Shown: one piece after another, positions 10,390 through 20,300 of the stretch
Numbering within the stretch: the stretch's first letter is position 1
Layout: the number at the start of each line of letters is the position of its first letter
NCBI GenBank assembly: GCA_963665845.2
Contig: OY762492.1
Location: 1,664,001-1,728,000 of the forward strand
Direction of reading: 5' to 3'
Length of the DNA: 64,000 nucleotides
Source: Candidatus Poribacteria bacterium
GTDB taxonomy: Bacteria > Poribacteria > WGA-4E > GCA-2687025
Notes under the pieces: generated by a model
Database searches by the model: none
What the model was told of the DNA's origin: nothing
What the model saw: only the letters and a program-made list of their open reading frames with translations
Made by a program: the position numbers and the translations under genes

Positions 10390-10926
10390 ATGAGCGAACG
10401 AAGCGGAACGAAACGAAAACAGCATCGAGACCCCTGGCACGAACTGCGCGCCGCGCTGATCCAGGCGCAGGCGCAGCTGGACGCCGAGCATGAATGGCGG
10501 GAAGGATGGGCGGATCTACTCAACGGCGCGTTGGAGGCGGTTGACAGGTTCGAGGCGCGGCAAAAAGACATACGCCGCCTCAACCCCATCGCGGAGCGGC
10601 TGGCGGTGGAGGAATGCCGCGATGTCCGGCTAGAGCTCGCATACGCCTTGAACGAGGCGCTGGATCGATTGAGAGCCTTGACCAAATTTCGGAGCGAAAT
10701 GCGCCGTCATGCGCTCGCTTTAGAATCGTCGGGCAAAGAAAAAAACGGGTTTGCGGCGGCGCTTCTCCGCGTCAGCCGCTCGCTGGAAGCGGCGACGATT
10801 GAAGATGCCTACAAGGTTGTTGATGATATTCAGAGGGAGAATTCGCTCCAAGCCGCCCGCTATCTGGGGACCCAAATCAAAACGGGCGGGCGGACTTTCA
10901 CACGGGATGAAATGAATGAGCGTTGA
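10390..10926 (+). CDS. Putative antitoxin with long helical N-terminal domain (copy 1)
   Basis: C-terminus IKTGGRTFTRDEMNER resembles PIN-associated antitoxin tails; overlaps the PIN start; three paralogs in the window. Confidence 0.7.
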   Translation: MSERSGTKRKQHRDPWHELRAALIQAQAQLDAEHEWREGWADLLNGALEAVDRFEARQKDIRRLNPIAERLAVEECRDVRLELAYALNEALDRLRALTKFRSEMRRHALALESSGKEKNGFAAALLRVSRSLEAATIEDAYKVVDDIQRENSLQAARYLGTQIKTGGRTFTRDEMNER

Positions 10927-11359
10927 CCATTTTTTGGACTCGAACATCGTCATCTACTACTATGACGATCAAAGTCCCAGAAAGAAAGCAAAAGCGAGGC
11001 GCATGGTGAACAGCGCGCTCGATAATGAAAACGGCTGCGTCAGCTTCCAGGTCGTTCAAGAAACAATGTACGTCATCAGGAAAAAGCTACGGGTGGACGA
11101 TAAGGACGCCGAATTCATGCTGAACAACATACTGCTGCAGCTTTGGGAAGCGAATCCCGTGTGGGAAACCGACCCGACGCCGGAAATGTACCAACGCGCC
11201 TTCGATCTCCATAAACGGCGCGGAATCGCCAACTTCTACGACTGCGTCATCGCCGTAAACGCTCTGGACGCCGGATGCGCCACGATCTACACAGAAGACG
11301 CAGGTCTGCTACACGCCCAGCGGGTTGAGGATGTGGACATCGTCAACCCGTTCAATTAA
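10916..11359 (+). CDS. PIN-domain (VapC-like) toxin
   Basis: FLDSNIVIY, QE, FYDCVI, IYTED PIN acidic motifs. Confidence 0.9.
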   Translation: MSVDHFLDSNIVIYYYDDQSPRKKAKARRMVNSALDNENGCVSFQVVQETMYVIRKKLRVDDKDAEFMLNNILLQLWEANPVWETDPTPEMYQRAFDLHKRRGIANFYDCVIAVNALDAGCATIYTEDAGLLHAQRVEDVDIVNPFN

Positions 11360-11394
11360 AATAGAGACTGAACTCAAAAAACGGAGAGCGGGGC

Positions 11395-11931
11395 ATGGCT
11401 GAACGAAGCGGAACGGAACGAAAACAGCATCGAGACCCCTGGAACGAACTGCGCGCCGCGCTGATCCAGGCGCAGGCGCAGCTGGACGCCGAGCATGAAT
11501 GGCGGGAAGGATGGGCGGAGCTACTCAACGGCGCGTTGGAGGCGGTCGACAGGCTCGAGGCGCGGCAAAAAGACATACGCCGCCTCAACCCCATCGCGGA
11601 GCGGCTGGCGGTGGAGGAATGCCGCGATGTCCGGCTAGAGCTTGGATACGCCCTGAACGAGGCGCTGGATCGATTGAGAGCCTTGACCAAATTTCGGAGC
11701 GAAATGCGCCGTCATGCCATAGCTCTAGAATCGTCGGGCGGAGAAAAAAACGGGTTTGCGGCGGCGCTGCTGCGCGTCAGTCGGTCGCTGGAAGCGGCGA
11801 AGATGGAAGACGCCTACAAGGTTGTTAGCGAAATTCGGAAGGAGAATTCGCTCCAGAGCCTTCGGTATCTGGAGACCCGAATCAAAACGGGCGGACGCAC
11901 TTTCACACGGGATGAAATGAATGAGCGTTGA
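11395..11931 (+). CDS. Putative antitoxin with helical N-terminal domain (copy 2)
   Basis: Near-identical paralog of 10390-10926. Confidence 0.7.
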   Translation: MAERSGTERKQHRDPWNELRAALIQAQAQLDAEHEWREGWAELLNGALEAVDRLEARQKDIRRLNPIAERLAVEECRDVRLELGYALNEALDRLRALTKFRSEMRRHAIALESSGGEKNGFAAALLRVSRSLEAAKMEDAYKVVSEIRKENSLQSLRYLETRIKTGGRTFTRDEMNER

Positions 11932-12126
11932 CCATTTTTTGGACTCCAACCCTTTCAATTCCGCCGTCATTCCCGCTTCTCCTCGTCATTCCCGCTTCTC
12001 CTCGTCATTCCCGCGTAAGCGGGAATCTTAAAGCAACGCAGCCGCCGCGCGCGGCGGAAACCCCCCTGCCCCCCTTTTCAAGGGGGGAGTCTGAAGGATG
12101 TTGACATCGTCAACCCGTTCAACTAA
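11921..12126 (+). pseudogene. Internally deleted PIN toxin; the middle is replaced by REP-like repeats
   Basis: Starts MSVDHFLDSN (11921-11950) and ends DVDIVNPFN* (about 12097-12126), as in the intact PIN genes. Confidence 0.8.
11965..12028. repeat. REP/dRS3-like palindrome family A (GTCATTCCCGCnnAAGCGGGAATC). Other copies near 25710, 35435, 38300, 41465, 44567, 45990, 49822, 49965, 50075, 50161, 53277, 56606, 62959
   Basis: ATTCCCGC-N4-GCGGGAAT hairpin repeated more than 12 times, mostly intergenic. Confidence 0.88.
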
Positions 12127-12164
12127 GATAGACCCTGAACTCAAAACGAAGACGGAGAACGAGC

Positions 12165-15100
12165 ATGGCAAAAAAAGCCCGAACGCCCAAAACGGTCGAA
12201 CACACCAAGCACGAGGACGCCAAACGCAAAAACAACCCCACCGCCGAATTCCAAAACCTGGTCTCTGACGAGATCAAGCGGCCCGTGCCTGTCCATATCA
12301 AACGCCCCAACCCCGACCTGGACCCGCAGCTGGTCTGGCACGGAAAAGACGCAAGCAGTCTAGACGAAATGGTCGTCAACGCGCCATCGCTTTACATCCA
12401 AGAAAAAATACAGCCCAAAGCGATCATCGACGGCCTGATGCGCCTCGCCGAGACGAACGCCCCCGACGAAGACCAAGGCGCCCTCTTCGCCGACTTCAAC
12501 GGCGTCCCCGAAAACGCCCAAACCGAGTTCTATCAGCACGACGCAAAATGGTCAAACCGAATGATACTCGGCGACAGCCTGCATGTCATGGCGTCGCTCG
12601 CCGAACGGGAAAACCTGCGCGGACAGGTCCAGTGCGTCTATATCGACCCGCCCTACGGCATCAAGTTCAACTCCAACTTCCAATGGTCAACGCAAACGCG
12701 CGACGTCAAAGACGGCAACGCGGCGCATATCACCCGCGAACCCGAACAGGTGAAAGCGTTCCGCGACACATGGGAAAACGGCGTCCACTCTTACCTCGGA
12801 TACCTGCGCGACAGAATCACCGCCGCCAGAGAGCTTCTGAACGAAACAGGCTCATGCTTCGTTCAGATCGGAGACGAAAACGTTCACCGCGTCCGCGCCA
12901 TCATGGATGAGGTGTTCGGACCTGAAAATTATATTTCATTGATTACATTTACAAAAACATCACCACTTGGCACCAAGCTTATAGCGAATCGCTGCGATTA
13001 CATTGTTTGGTATGCGCGCGATAAAGAAATCGTAAAATATCGTCCTCTTTTTGTTTCAAAAAATGTAGGACGGGGTACCGCATATTCCCACATTGAATTT
13101 CCTGATGGAAGTAAGCGTAGACTATCTTCCAATGACTCGAATCTGCCTAAAAATATAGATTATTTTGTATTAGGAAATTTATTGTCTACAGGATTTACTA
13201 AAACATGCTACTATGACTTTGACTTCGAAGGGCGGACTGTGCCTCAAGGTAGGTATAGCTGGAAAACCACTAAGAACGGCATGGAGCGGCTAATTCGCAT
13301 GGGCAGAGTATATGGTCAAGGATTAAGGCCTGGATACGTACAAAAATTTTCAGACTTTCCTGTCCAAACACTAGATCATTTATGGAACGACACAGGAGGA
13401 GCTCAAAATCGAAGATATGTTGTTGAAACAACCTCCAAGGTAATTCAGCGCTGCATCCTCATGACGACGGACCCAGGCGACCTTGTCCTGGACCCGACCT
13501 GCGGCTCTGGGACGACGGCGTACGTCGCTGAGCAGTGGGGCAGGCGCTGGATCGTTATCGACACGTCGCGCGTCGCGCTGGCTCTGGCGCGTATGCGTCT
13601 CATGGGGGCGCGTTATCCGTATTATCTGCTGTCCGACACGCCTGAAGGTCAACAGAAGGAGGCGGATCTGGAGCGGCGCGCCGTCTCGGAGGCGCCGACC
13701 TACGGCATGATACGGCAGGGGTTCGTCTATGAGCGCGTCCCGCACATCACGCTGAAGGCGATTGCGAACAACCGCGAGATCGACGAGATATGGGAGCGTC
13801 ATGAGGAGCGTTTGCGTCCGCTTCGAGAGGAGCTGTCGTCCGCCGCCGGTTTGGCGGAGCCGCTGGAGGAGTGGGAGGTTCCGCGCGAACTCCCTGACGG
13901 TTGGCATTCGGCGTCGGAGCCGCTGCTGTCCCGCTTTTGGAGGGATCGCGCCGCGCGTCAGAAGGAGATCGACGCGTCCATCGCCGCGGCGGCGGAATAC
14001 GAGCAGCTGTTCGACAAGCCGTTTGAGGACAAGAGGAAGGTTCGGGTCGCGGGTCCGTTCACGGTGGACAGCTTGTCGCCGGTGCGCTCCGTGCCGGTCG
14101 ATTCGAACGGCGATCCGCGTTTGAAGGAGCAGGAAGCGGCGGAAACGAAAGACTTTGCCGAGACGATTTTGGAGGCGCTGCGGGCGTCCGGCGTTCAGCA
14201 GACCGACAAGGCGGACCGCATCAAGTTTGAGTCGCTGGAGCCGTTCGGCGGCAAGTTTATCGCGGCGGAGGGCGTTTATACGGAGGGCGATGAGAAGAAG
14301 ACGGCGGGGGTGTATATCGGGCCGGAGTATAACGCAGTGTCGGACATCGAATTGACGATGGCGGCAAAGGAGGCGGCCGCCGCCATGCATGACGTCCTGA
14401 TTGCATGCGGTTTCAGCTTCGATCCTCAAGCCGCCAAGCGCCTGAATAGAGGGAGGATGCGGATACTTCATGCGCGCATGAACGCCGATCTGCATATGGG
14501 CGCGGATTTGAAGAATACGGGCATCGGAAACCTGTTCATCATCTTCGGCGAGCCGGACATTACAGTGGGCAGTGAAAAGTGGATCGTGGACAGCGAAGGG
14601 AAATGGATCGCGCCTTATGACATCTTTGCGCTCGTATCGGGACTTGATCGTATGGAAGAAGTCAATGGACTTCGCCGTGAAGATTTACACGCTTACGCGC
14701 GGCTTTCCCGCCGACGAGAGATTTGGGATGATCTCGCAGATGCGGCGGGCGTCGTCGTCGATACCGGCGAACATCGCGGAGGGTCAGGCGCGTCGCACAA
14801 CGGGGGAATTTCTACATTCGCTTGGCATTGCGCGGGGGTCTTTAGCGGAGGTCGAGACCTTTCTGATATTGTCGGCGCGATTGGAGATGATCGGCTCCGA
14901 GAGTTTAAAGCGCTTGTTGACCGACTGCGAGGAGATCAGCAAAATGCTTCACGGGCTGATGAAGTCTCTGGCATCCCGCCGATAGACTCTGTCCACTATC
15001 CACTGACGACTGCCCACTTCCACCAGGTAAGGATAAACGGCGTGGACATCTTTGATCCAAGAAAAGGCGAGCCGAAGAGCCATGACATAGACGGCATCGC

Positions 15101-15347
15101 CTGCTGGTTCATCGACACCGATTACAACGGCGAAAGCTTTTTTGTGCGCCATGCCTATTTCATCGGCGCGGACGACCCGTATAAGCAGTTGAAGACGACC
15201 TTGAAAGCGGAGATCAACCAAGAGGCATGGGAGTCCCTGCGCGGCAACCTCTCGCGCCCGTTTCCGCGCCCGTCTTCGGGGATGATCGCCGTCAAGGTCA
15301 TCAACCGCTTCGGCGATGAGGCGATGCGCGAATTCCAGATTGAATAG
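12165..15347 (+). CDS. Type III R-M Mod subunit (site-specific DNA methyltransferase) with an in-frame insertion of about 150 aa
   Basis: DPPY motif IV, DPTCGSGTT motif I, C-terminal IAVKVINRFGDE; paired with the upstream Res. Confidence 0.9.
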   Translation: MAKKARTPKTVEHTKHEDAKRKNNPTAEFQNLVSDEIKRPVPVHIKRPNPDLDPQLVWHGKDASSLDEMVVNAPSLYIQEKIQPKAIIDGLMRLAETNAPDEDQGALFADFNGVPENAQTEFYQHDAKWSNRMILGDSLHVMASLAERENLRGQVQCVYIDPPYGIKFNSNFQWSTQTRDVKDGNAAHITREPEQVKAFRDTWENGVHSYLGYLRDRITAARELLNETGSCFVQIGDENVHRVRAIMDEVFGPENYISLITFTKTSPLGTKLIANRCDYIVWYARDKEIVKYRPLFVSKNVGRGTAYSHIEFPDGSKRRLSSNDSNLPKNIDYFVLGNLLSTGFTKTCYYDFDFEGRTVPQGRYSWKTTKNGMERLIRMGRVYGQGLRPGYVQKFSDFPVQTLDHLWNDTGGAQNRRYVVETTSKVIQRCILMTTDPGDLVLDPTCGSGTTAYVAEQWGRRWIVIDTSRVALALARMRLMGARYPYYLLSDTPEGQQKEADLERRAVSEAPTYGMIRQGFVYERVPHITLKAIANNREIDEIWERHEERLRPLREELSSAAGLAEPLEEWEVPRELPDGWHSASEPLLSRFWRDRAARQKEIDASIAAAAEYEQLFDKPFEDKRKVRVAGPFTVDSLSPVRSVPVDSNGDPRLKEQEAAETKDFAETILEALRASGVQQTDKADRIKFESLEPFGGKFIAAEGVYTEGDEKKTAGVYIGPEYNAVSDIELTMAAKEAAAAMHDVLIACGFSFDPQAAKRLNRGRMRILHARMNADLHMGADLKNTGIGNLFIIFGEPDITVGSEKWIVDSEGKWIAPYDIFALVSGLDRMEEVNGLRREDLHAYARLSRRREIWDDLADAAGVVVDTGEHRGGSGASHNGGISTFAWHCAGVFSGGRDLSDIVGAIGDDRLREFKALVDRLRGDQQNASRADEVSGIPPIDSVHYPLTTAHFHQVRINGVDIFDPRKGEPKSHDIDGIACWFIDTDYNGESFFVRHAYFIGADDPYKQLKTTLKAEINQEAWESLRGNLSRPFPRPSSGMIAVKVINRFGDEAMREFQIE
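14564..15018. mobile_element. Inverted-repeat-bounded insertion carrying a four-helix-bundle gene
   Basis: 14564-14593 AGTGGGCAGTGAAAAGTGGATCGTGGACAG and 14989-15018 CTGTCCACTATCCACTGACGACTGCCCACT are 25/30 reverse complements with 7-nt periodicity. Confidence 0.7.
14617..14985 (+). CDS. Four helix bundle protein (23S rRNA IVS protein / Avd-like fold), nested in the +1 frame of mod
   Basis: SYRDLIVWKKSM...FPADERFGMISQMRRASSSIPANIAEG...FLHSLGIARGSLAEVET, the family signature. Confidence 0.9.
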   Translation: MTSLRSYRDLIVWKKSMDFAVKIYTLTRGFPADERFGMISQMRRASSSIPANIAEGQARRTTGEFLHSLGIARGSLAEVETFLILSARLEMIGSESLKRLLTDCEEISKMLHGLMKSLASRR

Positions 15348-15457
15348 CCTCCTCCCGCAGGCGCTGTCCGCGTCCATCGGTTTGACAACCCCGCCATCGT
15401 GTATCATTCTTTAACAGCGCGTCATAAGGGCGTCGTCGGCAGCGATGGGAGGCGGAC

Positions 15458-16003
15458 ATGACCGAACGAAGCGGAACGGAACGAAAACAGCATCGAGACC
15501 CTTGGAACGAACTGCGCGCCGCTCTCATCCAGGCGCAGGCGCAGCTGGCGCAGTTGGACGTCGAGCCTGAACGGCGGGAGAACTGGACTCCTCTTCTCGA
15601 CGGCGCATTGGAGGCGGTCAACAGGTTCAAGGCGCGTCAAAAAGAGATACCCGGTCTCCGCCGCGCCGCGGAGCGTCTGGCGGTGGAGGAATGCCGCGAC
15701 GCTCGGAGGGCGTTCGGACGCGCCCTGAGCGAGTCGCTGGATCAGTTGAGAACCCTGACCAAGTTTCGAGGCGAGATGCGCCGTCATGCCCTCGCTCTAG
15801 AATCGTCGGGCGGAGAAAAAAACGGGTTTGCGGCGGCGCTTCTCCGCGTCAGTCGGTCGCTGGAAGCGGCGGCGCTTGAGGATGACTACGATACTCTTCT
15901 GAAAGTTCGGGGGGAGAATTCGGTTCAAATCGGCCGCTATCTGCAGACCCGAATCAAAACGGGCGGACGTACCTTCACACGGGATGAAATGAATGAGCGT
16001 TGA
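15458..16003 (+). CDS. Putative antitoxin with helical N-terminal domain (copy 3, more diverged)
   Basis: Paralog of 10390 and 11395 with the same GGRTFTRDEMNER tail. Confidence 0.7.
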   Translation: MTERSGTERKQHRDPWNELRAALIQAQAQLAQLDVEPERRENWTPLLDGALEAVNRFKARQKEIPGLRRAAERLAVEECRDARRAFGRALSESLDQLRTLTKFRGEMRRHALALESSGGEKNGFAAALLRVSRSLEAAALEDDYDTLLKVRGENSVQIGRYLQTRIKTGGRTFTRDEMNER

Positions 16004-16436
16004 TCATTTTTTGGACTCCAACATCGTCATTTACTACTATGACGATCGAAGTCCGGAAAAGAAAGCAAAAGCGACGCTTCTGGTTGACAGCGCGCTTAAA
16101 AATCAAAACGGCTGCATCAGCTACCAGGTCGTTCAAGAGACAATGTATGTCGTCAGGAAAAAGCTGCGGGTGGACGATAATGACGCCGAAACCATGCTGA
16201 ATGACAGACTATTGCCGCTTTGGGAAGCGAATCCCGCGCGGGAGATCGACCCGACGCCGGAAATGTACCTACGCGCTTTTGATCTCCAGAAACGGCGCGG
16301 AATCGCCAATTTCTATGATTGCGTCATCGCCGTGAACGCTCTCGACGCTGGATGCTCAACGCTCTATACAGAAGACGCGGGTCTGCTCCATGCCCAGCGG
16401 GTTGAGGATGTGGACATCGTCAACCCGTTCATCTAA
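15993..16436 (+). CDS. PIN-domain (VapC-like) toxin, paralog of 10916-11359
   Basis: FLDSN, FYD, YTED motifs. Confidence 0.9.
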   Translation: MSVDHFLDSNIVIYYYDDRSPEKKAKATLLVDSALKNQNGCISYQVVQETMYVVRKKLRVDDNDAETMLNDRLLPLWEANPAREIDPTPEMYLRAFDLQKRRGIANFYDCVIAVNALDAGCSTLYTEDAGLLHAQRVEDVDIVNPFI

Positions 16437-16517
16437 AATAGGGCTGGACTTAAAAAACGGAGAGCGGCGCAATTTGACAACGCGTCAAAGGGCGTTGGCG
16501 GTTGAACGGAGAGTAAA

Positions 16518-17033
16518 ATGGCGGCTGTTGCATCCAAGAACGCGGAATTTTATCTCAAACGCGGTCGGCTCTATGCCGACAAGGGCAAACTAGAGCGCGC
16601 CGCTGCGGAATACGCCAAGGCGGTAGAGCTGCAGCCCGACGACCCGACAGCGTATCGTTTCCGCGCAGAAGCGTACCGCGCAGCGGGCGATCTTTGCCGC
16701 GCCCTTGCCGACATCAACAAGGCGGTTGATCTGGACCTTTACGACGCGCAGGCGTTCATGCTCCGCGGGCTGATCTATAAAGACAGGGGCGAGATGGCCG
16801 ATTACGAAGAGGAGTTTCGCGTCGCCGTCCTGCTTGACGGCGAGCTGGTGAACCATGAAACGCATGGGGCGGAATTTGCGCGTATCCTGAAAGCTGACGA
16901 GGAAGAGGAGGCGGAGTGGGACGAACTCGCCAGCCGGCCGGAAGCGAAGGCGCTGTTTGAGGAATGGGAAGCGGAAGCGATGGAGGAGTATCGAGCGGGG
17001 AAAACGAAGCCTTTGGATCCTGAGGATCTATAA
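16518..17033 (+). CDS. TPR protein with C-terminal acidic antitoxin-like tail
   Basis: About three TPRs, then EWDELASR...EEYRAGKTKPLDPEDL; the stop overlaps the toxin start (TAATG). Confidence 0.75.
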   Translation: MAAVASKNAEFYLKRGRLYADKGKLERAAAEYAKAVELQPDDPTAYRFRAEAYRAAGDLCRALADINKAVDLDLYDAQAFMLRGLIYKDRGEMADYEEEFRVAVLLDGELVNHETHGAEFARILKADEEEEAEWDELASRPEAKALFEEWEAEAMEEYRAGKTKPLDPEDL

Positions 17034-17314
17034 TGCGCTCGCGCACATCTTCGCGGTTTCGAAGGCAATTCAGGCGTCTTCCAAAAGAAGTCCGGCAAAA
17101 GGCAAAAGCGGCATACCGCCTATTTGAAACGAACCCCCGCCATCCCGCCTTACAATTTAAAAAATTACGCGGCAGCGACCGCAGATATTCGGTTCGTTTC
17201 TATAAAAAATACCGCGCTCTCGCAAGAAGAACAGATGAGGGCGACCTCGAATGGTATTCTATTGGATCGCATGCGACATACGACCAGGATATAAATAATA
17301 AGAAGTTGGGATAA
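17033..17314 (+). CDS. RelE/ParE-like toxin
   Basis: Basic 93 aa; FRRQFRRLP...NPRHPALQFKKL...YSVR...YRAL...WYSIGSHATYD. Confidence 0.85.
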   Translation: MRSRTSSRFRRQFRRLPKEVRQKAKAAYRLFETNPRHPALQFKKLRGSDRRYSVRFYKKYRALARRTDEGDLEWYSIGSHATYDQDINNKKLG

Positions 17315-17377
17315 ATCCGCATGGTTCTCGCGCCCAAAACCGCTATAATGCGCTCAAACCCATCATGAAAGGCGCCC

Positions 17378-20300
17378 ATGCGCAAACCCGTCATCGACAA
17401 CCAGGACAAGAGCGATACGCTTCTCGACCGCCTCAAGCCCCGTCTCAAGGGCGCGGACGCCTTGCGCGTCGTCTCCGCCTATTTCTCCATCTACGGCTTC
17501 GGCGCGCTCGCCGACCAGCTCCGCCCCCTCAAAGAGACCCGCTTCCTCTACGGCGACCCAGGCTCCATCGACGACATCGACCCCGGCGAAAAAACCGACC
17601 GCGCCTTCTACCTGCACGATGAACGGCTCGCGCCGACCGAAGCGCTGCGCCAAAAAGCGCTCGCCGAACAGTGCGAGAAATGGGTGCGGCAGCGCCGTAC
17701 CAAAATACGCGCCATCGCCCGCTCCAATTTCCTCCACGGCAAAATGTGGCATATCGACAAAAAAGACGCGCCGTTCGCCGTCGTCGGAAGCTCCAACTTC
17801 ACCCAGCGCGGACTCGGCGCCGGCGCGGCGCCGAACATTGAGATCAACCTCGCCGCGGACGACCCGCAAACATGCAAAGAACTGCGCGACTGGTTCGACG
17901 ACCTATGGAACGACGAGACGAAGGTCATAGATGTCAAACTGGAGGTTCTGAAAGCGCTGCGCCGCATCGGGCGCGAATGGGGCGCCGAAAGCGTCTATTT
18001 CAAAACGCTCTATGCGCTGTTCAAAGACGACTGGCAGGCGATCCAAGACAGCGACGCGGAACTCAAAAGCCTCAAACTGACCGACGCGCAGATATGGAAC
18101 GCGCTGTACCAGTTTCAAAAAGACGGCGTCCACAGCATTCTCAAAAGCCTAAATAGCCACAACGGATGCCTGCTCGCCGACAGCGTCGGCCTCGGAAAAA
18201 CGTACGCCGCCCTCGCCGTCATCAAGTATCACGAACTGCGCAATGAGCGCGTCCTCGTGCTCTGTCCGCGCAAACTGCGGGAGCAGTGGGCGTTGTATCT
18301 CAGCGCGGCGGGGCAAGAAGGCAACCCGTTTCTAAAAGACAGGTTCAACTACTCGCTGCTCTCCCATACCGACCTCTCCCGCGACAAAGGAATCGTCGGA
18401 AACATCGATCTCGCCAACTTCAACTGGAGCTCCTTCGATCTGGTCGTCATCGACGAATCGCACAACTTCCGCAACCCGGACGGGAAGCGTTACCAAAAAC
18501 TGATCAAAGAGATCATCAAGGAAAGCGTCAACACAAAAGTGCTGATGCTCTCCGCGACCCCCGTCAACACCTCCCTCATCGACCTGCGCAACCAGATCTA
18601 TCTCATGACCGAAGGGCGCGACGACGCCTTCGCGCCAAGCCTCAACATACACAGCCTCAAACGGACCCTCCGAAACGCCCAAGAGCAGTTCAACGCATGG
18701 AGTCCTGAAGACGGCAAACAGGGGCTTCTGGAGACGCTCGGCGCCGACTTCCAAAGCATTCTCGCCGCCGTCACCGTCTCCCGATCTAGAAAGCAGATCG
18801 AGACCTTTTACAGAGCCGACATGGAACGAGTCGGCGCCTTCCCAACACGCGACGACCCTGTCAACCTCTACCCCCCCACCGACACAGAAAAACAGCTCTC
18901 CTATGAGAAGCTGGCGGAGCAGATTGAGCAGTTCCAGCTCTCCATCTACACCCCCACCAACTATCTCATCAGCCTAGCGAGGCGGGCGGAACTGGACGCG
19001 GAAAAGAAACGGCGCAACTTCAACCAGCAAGACCGAGAACGGTTCCTGATCGGAATGATACGGGTCAACTTCCTCAAACGGCTCGAAAGCGCCCCCCACT
19101 CGCTCAAGTTGACGCTGCAGCGGACGGTCAAAAAAATCAGCGATCTCATCGACAAGATCGACCGTTACAGCGGGCGGCCGTCCAGCGACGCGGAGCTGAA
19201 CGAAGAGACGGCGCCTTACGAAACCGATGTGGAGGAAGACGACGATCTCATCGTCAACAAAGGCAAAAATCCGTTCAAGCTAAGCGAACTGGATGTCCAA
19301 ACATGGCGCGAAGACCTTGTCAAAGACAGGGACATCCTGAACGAAGCGCTGCGTCAGGTGGCGGCGGTCGCGCCCGAACGAGACGGCAAACTGGATGAGA
19401 TCAAGCGGCTGATACGCCGGCGCGCCGAGTACCCGTCCCTCGACCAAAACGGCAAGGAATGCCGCAAGCTGATTGTCTACACCACCTTCAAAGACACGGC
19501 GCTGTATCTCTATCGCCAGCTGGAGCCGCTGACGAAGGAGCTGGGGTTGAAGATGGCGATGGTCGCGGGATCGGAAACGCATACGGAGCATGGCGACAAC
19601 AATTTCCACGCCATACTCAACAACTTCGCCCCCTTCGGACGCAAGGGCGAAGGCGCCGCCGCCGACCCCGACATCGACCTGCTCATCGCCACCGACTGCG
19701 TCTCGGAAGGCATGAACCTCCAAGACTGCGACCGCATCGTCAACTACGACATCCACTGGAACCCGGTGCGCATCATTCAGCGGTTCGGGCGCATCGACCG
19801 CATCGGCAGCAAAAGCCGCTCCATAAAGATGACGAACTTTTGGCCGACCGAGGACATGGAGGTATACCTGAAACTGGAAAGCCGCGTCCGGTCGCGCATG
19901 GCGCTGGCGGACATCGCCGCCACAGGCGAAGACGACCCGCTCGACATCCAAGAGGAGCTGCAACTCGCCGAAAAAGAGCTGACCCTCCGATACAAGCAGC
20001 TGCGCAAAATGAAAGAGGAAGGCGCCTACATAGAGGAGCTGGACGACGCGCCCGCCATGAGCGACTTCTCCTTCGCGCGCTTCGTCGGGCAACTGAACGA
20101 ATACCTGCGCCAACGGCAATACGAGCTGGAGAACATGCCGGACGGCGCCTACGCGGTCGTCAAGCGGGACGAGGGCGCGGAGCCGGGCATCCTCTTCTTC
20201 CTGCGCCAAACAAACGCCGACCCTGAAAACCCAGACAAATCCGCAAGCCCCGTCGCCCCGCATTACGCCGTCTATGTCCAAGACGACGGAACGATACGCC

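Noticed and set aside
14565-15017. Intein or group I/II intron in mod
   Set aside because: No C/S...HN intein ends, no homing endonuclease or RT, and no recognisable intron termini.
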